Assembly: GCF_902652985.1 (NCBI RefSeq)
Contig: NC_047021.1
Coordinates: 35,216,001-35,280,000 of the forward strand
Direction: 5' to 3'
DNA from: Pecten maximus
Lineage: Eukaryota
Length of the DNA: 64,000 bases
How positions within the stretch are numbered: the first letter of the stretch is position 1; each line of letters begins with the position of its first letter. Both the position numbers and the translations under genes were made by a program. The notes beneath the pieces were generated by a model that searched no databases, was not told the DNA's origin, and saw only the letters and a list, made by a program, of their open reading frames with translations. Positions 50,137 through 61,939 of the stretch are shown piece after piece.

Positions 50137-51041
50137 AGTGTTTTGTGGTAACTAATGTAAACAGTGGTTGCCGTCCGGAAGTGTTTATGCGCATGCCCGA
50201 GAATTACCGTGAAAAGGCTTATTGTCTTTAACGTAAAGTCCGATCAGATTAGAAGTAAAGCAGTCGTAGTACCACCAACTACCACGACATGACAGAGCAC
50301 AATTGTCACCTTCTTGGATATCGTTGTCTCTGTCAAATGTGGTGAACGCATAACCATCATGGGTGGACAAGGCATCATCTAAAATAGCGAAAAAATTAAA
50401 TAAATATCATGAACAAGCAGACAAGTGACAGTCAGCAACGATAAGTTTACGTGTATCACTTATTAACGGAAGCTGTAACAGCACGCATGCGCAATTCGGC
50501 AAGGATAAAATTAACATGGCAGTCAATGACCAACTGGCCCTATACATTACGACATGACTGTGAAAACTACTCTGATTCATCGTCGGCAATTTAAATATAT
50601 CCTATCGACATGTTTATTTTATATATATAAAAGTTGTGACCAGCACACCGACAGCAGAGTTGAGCTATCGCGGCCCGATGATATCGTCATATAAAAACAG
50701 ACTTTGGCGAAACAATCATCCTGACTTCAATATGCAGAGGGCGCAGTTATGTTGCTGCTGATGAAAAGAAATTAATTCTTAAAAGTGGGGTAAAGGCTGC
50801 AATAGAATAAACTACATACATTTAAGTTAAAGAGAACAATTATGCTTCATACTAACAAAATGTAGTATGTAATAATCTGAAAATATAAAGACATTTAGTG
50901 TAATTACGACATTGATTTTACTTCTTTATATTCACTCTTTATCAATTAAAAAGCTAACAGTGTAACAAACCATTTGTATTTTTTATTTTCGGCTTGCGAA
51001 TTTCACTGTTATTAGTAGTACGGAGAACTTTCATGAAAATG

Positions 51042-51234
51042 AGGGGATACCCGCGGTGGCCGAGTGGTTAAGGTGTTCTGACACTTCATCACTAGCCCTC
51101 CACCTCCAAAACCTGGCACGTCCTTAAATGACCATGTCTGTTCATAGGACGTTAAACACAAACAAATAAACTCGGGTTCGAACCAGGGACCTCTCGATCT
51201 GCAGTCGAATGATCTACCACCGAGCTATATCCCC
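51042..51234 (-). tRNA. tRNA-Cys(GCA) pseudogene split by the same SINE (copy C); SINE internally deleted
   Basis: Same junctions as copy B. The SINE (51054-51169) lacks the segment between its two CCTCCAC direct repeats. Confidence 0.85.
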
Positions 51235-53303
51235 TTCATAGCTACCACTAACAGGTATGCATTATTATTTATATATTTCTGTGATGCAGTATGCTTCAAC
51301 ATATGAAATAGTATCATAATATGACTGAACTATTAAATATCAAGTCGAATGTCTAGGATTAAATAGCGTGACTACCTTTTTCAATAAACAGATAAGTTAG
51401 TTCTTCTCTATTTAGATGTGTCAAATTTAGGTTGATTATTTGTGGATCATGGGTTAATTTTCCATTAATTTGAATGATTTCTATTCATCGGAACAAATCA
51501 TAATAAATGTCTTTAAATAGCTGACGTGATTTGTACTGGTAGTGCACAAATACACACGTCCTGTGTGTATTTACCTTTGTGTAAACACAAAACTTATTAC
51601 GAACTATCAACACCTAATGGATAATAAACTCGCTGTCAATTATCTAATCACGTCAAAATCGTCTACAAGTCGTCTATTGACGAAGCGTATCATGATCTAT
51701 TTGTACCCCACTCATCTGCAGAGGAGACACATCACACTCTATAAATATACATGACTGTGACTGTGTTACTCCTGTGTAACAATATATTCATAAAGTTGCT
51801 TTTTACTAACGGCATACCCACTGATATATGCAAATCGCACGAAAATATTCTATTGTACCTGCAAGTGATGTGTTTAAGTATGGATTTACCAACAGATATA
51901 CGATAAACTTCATAACAAACATAAAACTAAAGGTTTACAAATAAAACAACACCAATTCAATAATACTTTCATTTGCCTACCACAACTTCACCGCATTAAA
52001 ATTGGCATAGACAGGTTGTGAGTTTTGATTTTTTACATAACTTTTTGACCACACGATTATCTCTCGAAATGCATAATATTACATTTTCATAAAAACAACG
52101 AAGAAGGAATCCGGACCGGATATATTTCCGGTCTTGTTTGTATATTAGGATTGTATTTCCATTGACGACGCGTGGACCAGGAACATGTTGACGTTACTGT
52201 GAAACCCGTAGCTGAACGAGTATAGAACTGTAAGTAATCACGTATATATTGACTTTTAACTATTAATTGTATCAATATCATACCAAACTACAGGCTTCAG
52301 TACACAGTGATACTCTGGAGGACATCATCTTGATAACACCAGGCTAATATTAACCCTTATGTAAAACGAAAGTTGACATTTGCAGATATGAAGAAATCTG
52401 AAGAAATATATAGACGTAAATACATTAACAATGACAATATTTTTGTTTGATAGACAAATGCATCTACATGTAACAATAACATAGATAAAATGAGGCTAGC
52501 TTGTACGTGTCTACTTTCGTTTTATATCAGTTTAACATTGGTATCCGATGCACTGTTTATTCACGCACGGTTTTAAACGCATGCTCAGATTGAAAACGTT
52601 GCTTATCGAGTGATATTTCAGTCAAATATATCTTGTGATTAAAACTATTTCAATATTTTCCTCGTGATCAAATCGTTACCCCGAGTTCTCAGAAGTCCTT
52701 CCAATTCGAGAATGTGTACTTTCGTTTTCAATATTTCCAATGTACAATATATTTCAGTGCATATCATCTGGATATTCTAGAGGTCAGAAGTTAAAGCAGA
52801 AAGATCCTAAATAATTTTCATGAAATATGGAAAGTACATTAATTATATAGATATGATATATTAATCTGGGACTATATAACTTGCATCACATTCTTCATGA
52901 AATTGTCTATTAAAGTTAACAATTAGCAATGTCGCTATATTAGTGACGTTCCATTTAAATCGCGGAAATGGAGAAAACTGTTAAACACTTTGAAAACATC
53001 TAATCAGATAAAGTGTAGCATGAAAGATAACGTATACACTGATTATATTACGATTACAATAGATTACATCACTGGAACAAAAACTGTTCAAGGACAGTTT
53101 TAAAAGTCCATATATTACAGTTAAAATGATTGAATTCATCCAAATATTATTCAAATGGTCAATCAAAAATAATATCTAATACATTTGTTCAGCAAGGGAA
53201 AGAGTTTAAGGGGGTATTTATAACTAAAATATACAGGGGTTGTGATTTAATATTGAGGTACAAATAATCTATATGGGTAGCATGATCAATGAAAAATTCA
53301 TAG

Positions 53304-53803
53304 NNNNNNNNNNNNNNNNNNNNNNNNNNNNNNNNNNNNNNNNNNNNNNNNNNNNNNNNNNNNNNNNNNNNNNNNNNNNNNNNNNNNNNNNNNNNNNNNN
53401 NNNNNNNNNNNNNNNNNNNNNNNNNNNNNNNNNNNNNNNNNNNNNNNNNNNNNNNNNNNNNNNNNNNNNNNNNNNNNNNNNNNNNNNNNNNNNNNNNNNN
53501 NNNNNNNNNNNNNNNNNNNNNNNNNNNNNNNNNNNNNNNNNNNNNNNNNNNNNNNNNNNNNNNNNNNNNNNNNNNNNNNNNNNNNNNNNNNNNNNNNNNN
53601 NNNNNNNNNNNNNNNNNNNNNNNNNNNNNNNNNNNNNNNNNNNNNNNNNNNNNNNNNNNNNNNNNNNNNNNNNNNNNNNNNNNNNNNNNNNNNNNNNNNN
53701 NNNNNNNNNNNNNNNNNNNNNNNNNNNNNNNNNNNNNNNNNNNNNNNNNNNNNNNNNNNNNNNNNNNNNNNNNNNNNNNNNNNNNNNNNNNNNNNNNNNN
53801 NNN
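53304..53803. other. Assembly gap (500 N, probably a placeholder size)
   Basis: Run of exactly 500 N. Confidence 1.
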
Positions 53804-54118
53804 TGTTCAAGCCTCATATGACGTTACACGACTTGGAATGGATACCAATATCAACCTGCTACATCATGTACAAATATTTTCATATCAACACATATTAACC
53901 ATCGTATATGTGTATACTATATCGTTTAAAATACTACCAAGATCATTTTATATGAAATGATTTTATTATGTACATACATGATAAAAGACGATATATAATA
54001 CAAGGGAAATATCTCATATTGTATTAGAACAAGCATGCATTTCTATTCCTAACTAAGATGTGTGTTGACGAATCTTTATTTCAAATAAAGGTTTCTTAAA
54101 TCCGACGCCGATGTATAT

Positions 54119-54373
54119 CTATCGAATCATCAATTTTGATTTTTTTCAAAGGTGTAGCTATCGACCTCCGATCAGGAAAGTTCCGCCAGATTATTGCCAT
54201 AGTATTCAATTCTCCATTGTCTGTAACGTAAAGTCCGATCAGATTAGAAGTAAAGCAGCCGTAGTACCACCAACTACCACGACATGACAGAGCACAATTG
54301 TCACCTTCTTGGATGTCGTTGCCTCTGTCAAATGTGGTGAAAACATAACCGTCATGGGTGGACAAGGCATCAT
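54119..54373 (-). pseudogene. FReD last exon copy D, +1 frameshift in terminal A-run
   Basis: STHDGYVFTTFDRGNDIQEGDNCALSCRGSWWYYGCFTSNLIGLY...PLKK, then out of frame relative to copy B's KSKLMIR*. Confidence 0.82.
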
Positions 54374-55808
54374 CTAAAATAACGAAAAAAATAAATAAAT
54401 ATCATAAACAATTTACCCCCCTCCGCCTACACATATATTTATATTGGACTGGCAACACAATGGCTATAACTTTATCTACCCAGTCAGTAGGTAGCGAATG
54501 ATGTATTTAAGTCATTTGTAACAATTAAAATTGTTCTACGTCGGTGTGACTGCGTTATGACTTTTTCGGCGTAGCCGTCTAATTTGGTTTTGGCCCCGGA
54601 TATGACGCGACAGGTGGCGTTCTGGTCAAGATGAAGTATGTGATTGGTCAATGTAGCGGTCAATGCAAAATGCTGAATATGCAAATGTTGTGACATATAC
54701 TGATTTCAAAACAGTCACGTAATGATCTAAAAATAATTTCCGCGCTAAATTTAGAGGGGGATTCCCAACTAAATCGAGTGGTCAAGCTGGACATAGGGAT
54801 TTACTGTGAACATTGGAACAGCACAGAAACATAACTGGAAAGGAACAAAACGCGTACATTCAGTGAACATTGCAACGTTTTTACCGTGATGTCCGTTTTA
54901 AATTGAATGCAAGCTGAATAAGTGGATGCATCTATTCAAATGACACATTTGTAGTCTGATTATCACCAAAAATGATTCAAACTGATATAATTTTGTTATC
55001 CGTGCTGAAACTGCGCATTTATTAATTACATCGTAGTTCGTTAATTTATTTCCCCATTATAACCACCAGCATTAAAACTATGCCGTTTAACTTTTTTAAA
55101 GATATTTCTTGTTTCATTTAATATGTTTTCTGGTAAATAATGGAATGAAACAATATAGATCGAAAAGCGGCTAAGATCAGAAAGCAGACAAGTGACAGTC
55201 ACCAACGATAAGTTTACTTGTATCACTTATTTACGGAAGCTGTAACAGCACGCATGCGCAATTCGGCAAGGATAACATTAACATGGCAGTCAATGACCAA
55301 CTGGCCCTACACATTACGACATGACTGTGAAAACCACTCTGATTCATCGTCGGCAATTAAAATACATCCTATCGACATGATTATTTTATATATATAAAAG
55401 TTGTGACCAGCACACCGACAGCAGAGTTGAGCTATCGCGGCCCGATGATATCGTCATATAAAAACAGTCTTTGGCGAAACAATCATCCTGACTTCAATAT
55501 GCAGAGGGCGTAGTTATGTTGCCGCTGATGAAAAGAAATTAATTCTTAAAAGTGGGGTAAAGGCTGCAATAGAATAAACTACATACATTTAAGTTAAAGA
55601 GAACAACTATGCTTCATACTAGTTTGTAATCATCTGAAAATACACATTTCGTGTAATTACGACATTGATTTTACTAATTTGAAACTTCTTTATATTTCAC
55701 TGTTTATAAATTAAAAAGCTAACAATGTAAAAAAAACTATTTGCATTTTTTATTTTCGGTTTGAGAATTTCACTGTTATTAGTAGTACGGAGAACTTTCA
55801 TGAAAATG

Positions 55809-56095
55809 AGGGGATACCCGCGTTGGCTGAGTGGTTAAGGTGTCCCAACACTTTATCACTAGCCATCCACCTCTGGGTTGCCGGTTCGAAACCTACGTGG
55901 GGCAGTTGCCAGGTACTGACCGTAGGACGATGATTTTTCTCCGGGTACTCCGGCTTTCCTCCACCTCCAAAACCCGACACTTCCTTAAATGACCCTGACT
56001 GTTAATAGGACGTTAAACACAAACAAATAAACCCGGGTTCGAACCAGGGACCTCTCGATCTGCAGTCGAATGATCTACCACTGAGCTATATCCAC
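55809..56095 (-). tRNA. tRNA-Cys(GCA) pseudogene split by SINE (copy D; SINE 55821-56030, +)
   Basis: ACCCG repeats at 55816-55820 and 56031-56035, same structure as copy B. Confidence 0.85.
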
Positions 56096-56663
56096 TTCAT
56101 AGCTACCACTAACATGTATGCATTATTATCTATATATTTCTGTGATGCAGTATGCTTCAACATATGAATTAGTATCAAAATATGACTGAACTATTAAATA
56201 TCGAGTCGAATGTCTAGGATTAAATAGTGTAACAATATTTTCAATAAACAGAGAAGTTAGTACTTCTCGATTTAGATGTGTCAAATATAGGTTGGTTGTT
56301 TGACTTATGTTGATCATAGGTTAATTTTCCATTAATTTGAATGATTTCTATTCACCGAACAAATCATAATAAATGTCTTTATGTGATTACTGAAGATGCC
56401 TGACGTGCTTTGTACTGGTAGTGCACAAATACACACGTCCTGTGTATGTTTACCTTTGTGTAAACACAAAACTTATTACGAACTATCAACACCTAATGGA
56501 TAATAAACTCGCTGTCAATTATCTAATCACGTCAAAATCGTCTACAAGTCGTCTATTGACGAAGCGTATCATGATCTATTTGTACCCCACTCATCTGCAG
56601 AGGAGACACGTCACACTCTATAGATATGCATGTCAGTGACTGTGTTACACTTGTGTAACAATA

Positions 56664-56947
56664 TATAGAGGATATCTAACAGTGTCTTCAGTAATACCAA
56701 ATATATTTCACGAGTGGGGCTAATATTTTGATATTTTTCACGAGTGCGCAGCACGAGTGAAAAATATCAAAATATTAGCCTCACGAGTGGCCCTCACGAG
56801 GGCTTTCTGATTGGTCAATTATTTTGGTATTTTCTAATCAATAATTTGATTGGTCAAATCAGCAAAAGTGATATTTTTCACTAGTGAAAAATATCACTTT
56901 TATAGAACAAATAATTGTTGATATTTCACTGGTAAAAATGTAATAAA
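56664..56947. mobile_element. ~280-bp non-autonomous hairpin element (Crypton-like/MITE) inserted only in unit D
   Basis: Absent at the homologous sites 23230 and 51785. Perfect 23-bp internal inverted repeat GCTAATATTTTGATATTTTTCAC / GTGAAAAATATCAAAATATTAGC. Confidence 0.7.
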
Positions 56948-59448
56948 TTCCTTTTTTTTAACTAACGGCATATCCACTGATATAGGCAAATGTCACCCAA
57001 AAATACTATTGTACCTACAAACAAGTGATGTGTTTAAGTATGGATTTATCAACAGATACACGACAAACTGCATGACAAACAAAACTAAAAGGTATGAAAA
57101 TAAAAATGCACCCATTCAATAATACTTTCATCTACCTACCACAACTTCAAGTAGTATAGACAAGTTGTGGGTTTTGATTTTTTAAATAACTTTTTGACCA
57201 CACGATTATCTCTCGCGATATGTAATATTACATTTTCATGAACACAACAAAGAAGTTATCCGGATCTATGTCTGGCCTTGTTTGTTTATTAGGATCGTAT
57301 TTCCCGTGACGACACGTTGTAGCGTGTACTTTGCAAGTACCGTGAGAATTGCAAGCGCGCATGTGCAATGAAAATGGTCATTTCCGCCGTGAGAGTTACA
57401 AGTTTTCAGATCATAATACAAGTATTTCACTGTTAATGATGATAATCAAATGTGTCAACATTCGAAAACACCACAGTGAAGATCTTGGAATCACATAATT
57501 ATATTAAGTGTGTCGGGAAACCCGCGAATACTACGCTAGCATCTGTAAAACGTTGTCTGTGAGCGGCGTATGTTACACCTCGTTTGCATACATGTAAAGA
57601 TGTAAACAAAGATTCAACGCAGAAAAAAATATAACGGTTGGGAAAGCAGGTGTACCAAAATTAAAGGTAAGTATAGCAGAAATGTACTGTGGAATTTACT
57701 GCTTTATTTTATTATTTCCTTATTCCTTGGATGAGCATAGGTGCTTAGCACGTGTACAAGTAAAAGATCATTTCCCAACATTATTGACATAGGCAATTTA
57801 AAGATAGAAACAACAAGAAGCTAACCTAAAACATACTATTGAATGAGCAACCGTCCATCTGAAATTATATAGTTTGTGTATTTTATAAGTTATATCTTAA
57901 ATATGTTACCAGGTAAATATACGGCCATGCTGCAGATAATATTCCCATGATAAATTACATGTATAATTATTTTAATGCTTTTACAATTAAGGTACATGTA
58001 GCAAACGATAGGGACCTCTGCATGACTAACAAGTTTTGTGACAGTGTTTTTGGAAAATTTCAATTGACCAAATTATGTTAAAAAACATGGCCTTCTTTCA
58101 TTAGTATATCCAGGGACATCTTATTATACGTCCCTGGTATATCATGCTTACAAGTTTTATAATGCAGTTTGAATTCTAGATGTATATATCATGGCACACA
58201 CACCAATTTTTACCATTAACTGTCCTCTTCTCTGATCAGTAGTTTTCTGTAAATTGCCATTTTATTTTTTTGTGTTTTTTGGAAGTTTTAATCAATGGAC
58301 ACAACTGGGTATTTATAATGCCTTTTTGGGGAAAATAAGGCTAAAACAGATGGGGAATGGAGTCTTTTGCGCACAGATATAGAGATGTTTTTAAATGTAA
58401 TGCAATTCATTATTCACGAGTCCATACTTGCAGCACCATAACTGAGAGCTAGGGATCAAACACAGGACCTCTGGCTTACTATATATAGTTATCGTTGACT
58501 CAAATTAAACCAATTGACCCAATATTATATATACTTTTCTGATTATGGTAATTTTATACCATGTAAAAATATTATCTTGTAATAAGCCTTGCTGACCAAT
58601 AAAAAAACATTAACATAAAGTATAGCCACAGTAAGTTTATGACAGGGCAATCTTAAGGTACATGTATTTGTAAGCATTTTCATTAAACTACAATTGACGT
58701 GGCTGGGATTATTATTGGGCATGGGCATTTTGCAAGATAGATATGGTCATTTCCTTTAGCATATATATACAATACTACTTTTACTATTTTATACGATTGA
58801 GTATCATCAGCCAGTTATTTACAATAAAGTTTTGTACTTTCTTCAATCCAGACTTATAAACTTGTTGATCTGCAGAAACTGAAAGGGCCAACTTCTATGT
58901 TATGTGTTGAATTTATGAAGAATGGAAGGAATGTATGCATGATGTATGAATAAAATTAAATTGTAAATGTATATGTGCTGTTGAAAAATCTTCAAAAATG
59001 AAAAAAATCTTCTGTGTTCAAAATCAATGAAATCATTCCTAAAGTTACATCATATATATATATATATGGGGCAAAGAAGTAATTCAAACAGTGTAAACAA
59101 TAAGGCTTGTTAAATTTTCGAGGCAATCCGCCCCTTTATCAAAACATAAAAAATTACAAATACAATCACATAATCTATATAAGAAGTACTGGAAATACAA
59201 TAAAATACAATAAGAATAATGTTTTAGTAACTGGAGAAACCACAATGAACCCTTCGGCAAACGTGGGCCGAAGGCCGATACTAGCGTGACTGCATCATGT
59301 TCAACACTAGAACGCTATGCGACCAACGGCAGAGATATTTTGAATTCCCCCGCACGTGAAAGTATATCAAAGAGTTCAAAGAGTGTTATCTGGATTATAC
59401 TGTTCATATTACTTCTTTGACCCTTATATATATATATATATATATATA

Positions 59449-59657
59449 GCTTAGAAACACAAATGACGAAGGAAGCTAGACAACTTTTTGACTCGTGCCC
59501 TGACCGGGCCTCGAACTCACGATCTAGGCACCCAATCGCCTAGCCAGAAATATCCGCAGCCTATACCGCTGCGCCACATCGGCGTTCTTAAAAAAGAACG
59601 TTTCAATGGTACAGTGATGGTCGGCCCGATACCCTGACATGATCATTGTGGAAGTCG

Positions 59658-59660
<3 letters not shown>
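59449..59660 (-). repeat. tRNA-derived SINE-like unit embedded between (TA)n tracts
   Basis: Minus strand has A box TGGCGCAGCGG and B box GTTCGAGGC. (TA)n on both sides. Confidence 0.55.
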
Positions 59661-59694
<34 letters not shown>

Positions 59695-59875
59695 GTACCT
59701 TTAACAACCCATTTTATTATGGGCAGTGTATATGTATATCAAACCTTTATGAAAAGTTGTAAAATTGTTGAACATTCTTGAAATGAATTATAAATTGTCA
59801 GTTACTCTCTGTAAGTTCATATACTTTCCAATTATCTTACCTGGAAGACTAGTTTATAAACAGCACACAAGCTTT

Positions 59876-60681
59876 CCAGCCATGAGAAATGCAAGTACAA
59901 GTTCAATAGGTCAAATATCACTGTTATAATGATTTATTATGGTCATTTTGAGGTGAGCTCACCTGATCCAGCTATGAGAAATGCAAGTACAAGTTCAATA
60001 GGTCAAATATCACTGTTATAATGATTTATTATGGTCATTTTGAGGTGAGCTCACCTGATCCAGCCATGAGAAATGCAAGTACAAGTTCAATAGGTCAAAT
60101 ATCACTGTTATAATGATTTATTATGGTCATTTTGAGGTGAGCTCACCTGATCCAGCCATGAGAAATGCAAGTACAAGTTCAATAGGTCAAATATCACTGT
60201 TATAATGATTTATTATGGTCATTTTGAGGTGAGCTCACCTGATCCAGCTATGAGAAATGCAAGTACAAGTTCAATAGGTCAAATATCACTGTTATAATGA
60301 TTTATTATGGTAATTTTGAGGTGAGCTGACCTGATCCAGCCATGAGAAATGCAAGTACAAGTTCAATAGGTCAAATATCACTGTTATAATGATTTATTAT
60401 GGTCATTTTGAGGTGAGCTCACCTGATCCAGCCATGAGAAATGCAAGTACAAGTTCAATAGGTCAAATATCACTGTTATAATGATTTATTATGGTCATTT
60501 TGAGGTGAGCTCACCTGATCCAGCCATGAGAAATGCAAGTACAAGTTCAATAGGTCAAATATCACTGTTATAATGATTTATTATGGTCATTTTGAGGTGA
60601 GCTCACCTGATCCAGCCATGAGAAATGCAAGCACAAGTTCAATAGGTCAAATATCACTGCAGTTATAATGATTTATTATGG
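59876..60681. repeat. 92-bp tandem repeat (~8.7 near-identical copies) with 14-bp palindrome AGGTGAGCTCACCT
   Basis: Unit starts at 59876, 59968, 60060 ... 60612. Confidence 0.95.
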
Positions 60682-61791
60682 TCTCTTAAATCCAATACCA
60701 AGCAAATATTAAGTAAATTTCATATACAGGCATGTTCTCTTTACTTTGAGTCTCGGTGCTATAATGACATTACGAGATTTGAAAGAATTTGTACTGTACA
60801 CAGTCTGTAAAAAAATAATGTAGAGGATGAGATGCACTTTATACTATTACGTCCAGCTCATTCAGAGTTCAGAGTTAGGTTATGAAACAATATTATATAG
60901 ACACCCGAGTGATTATAAGCTTATAGAACTAATTTAATGAAAAAATTATAACAACTTTTGAGTAAATTTGTTTAATATTTGATGATGAATAAAAAAAACT
61001 TGAAACAGTTGTGTTTATATGTTTAGATTTTCCCCTGTTTTATCCAACAATTTCTCTTTTGATGTGCCATCAGCCAAAACTTCCATTTTAAGAGTTCAAA
61101 GAACAGAAGTACATATATATAATATTTATTGAGAGTAAAAATATGCACCATTTTTTATATGCATTTATATCAAAAAAATAATACAAGGATAGTAAGTGTT
61201 ATAAATACTTTCATGGAAAATTGTACCATGTGTCTTATAATAGAGTGATAGATATATTTTGGTGTGAGATTTCCTAAGAAAGTGTTTGTATGTAAATGTA
61301 ACTCTTTCAGAAGTTGCATTTAAATTTGATCTAGTTTGAAATAAATTTAAATTTATTTATTTCTTAATTCTTGAAATAGCACATTAAGCGCATGTTGACC
61401 TATATGCCAAACATAACACATAATCAATATGTGTGTAAATGTCACCCTAATTAACTGTAACCCTTGATATCTCAGGTGAGAATCATATAATTGGCTATAT
61501 GTTTGGTTAAAAAAACAAGTCATTGTTCTCCATAATGGGAGGTGGAGCTGTAGGGTAGAAGGGGACCAGGAATCACTTACCTGTGTAATATTTGTATCAA
61601 TTATTAAACCACTTTGTGGTTTCCTTTAGCTCTTGTCCTAGACTTTTCGTCTGCCATGTTGTATATTCCATTTGACAGCATCTTCACTGACAGTAAAAAC
61701 TAATTTGACAGAATCAACCAATCAAATTCTTCTAGAAAAATATATGATATAAATGTTGATGCTACTATCGATTCTCAATGACATCTACAAC

Positions 61792-61939
61792 ATGGACCCA
61801 GACGAGTATCACGATTTAGTCTGTTTTCTTTCATCCACCTGTAGTTCTTACCCAGATGATCTCAAGGACAGCTCTACAAAGTTTGCCAGAAATAGAAGGG
61901 ACAACTTTAAGCTAAAAGCCAGCAAGTTCTTTCTGAGAG
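61792..61939 (+). CDS. Putative first exon of a Ginger/GIN-like integrase-transposase
   Basis: AACATGG start, then MDPDEYHDLVCFLSSTCSSYPDDLKDSSTKFARNRRDNFKLKASKFFLRG with donor G|GTATG. Fits the Y..L..YL....YP......R..R.KA.KF.L.G pattern. Confidence 0.45.

Larger units (their letters stand above)
39077..50220. mobile_element. Full-length ISL2EU-type (PIF/Harbinger-ISL2EU-Spy group) DNA transposon, 11,144 bp
   Basis: AT TSD (39075-76 and 50221-22), confirmed by the empty sites CTCCATTGTC in copies B and D. TIRs AAcCCTTTTCACGaTAA / AAgCCTTTTCACGgTAA extend imperfectly to ~80 bp. Contains convergent THAP-DDE and YqaJ genes. Confidence 0.92.
38977..50378 (-). pseudogene. FReD last exon copy C, split by the ISL2EU element (5' part 50221-50378, 3' part 38977-39076)
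   Basis: STHDGYAFTTFDRDNDIQEGDNCALSCRGSWWYYDCFTSNLIGLYVKDN, then the insertion, then ...WRNFPDRRSIATPLKK. Also +2 frameshift in the A-run. Confidence 0.88.

Noticed and set aside
53269-53821. Long ORFs spanning N runs (also 11547-11894 beyond its first 18 aa)
   Set aside because: Created by assembly gaps.
59876-60681. Palindrome-containing 92-bp repeats as a CRISPR-like array
   Set aside because: The whole unit is repeated almost identically, with no variable spacers.
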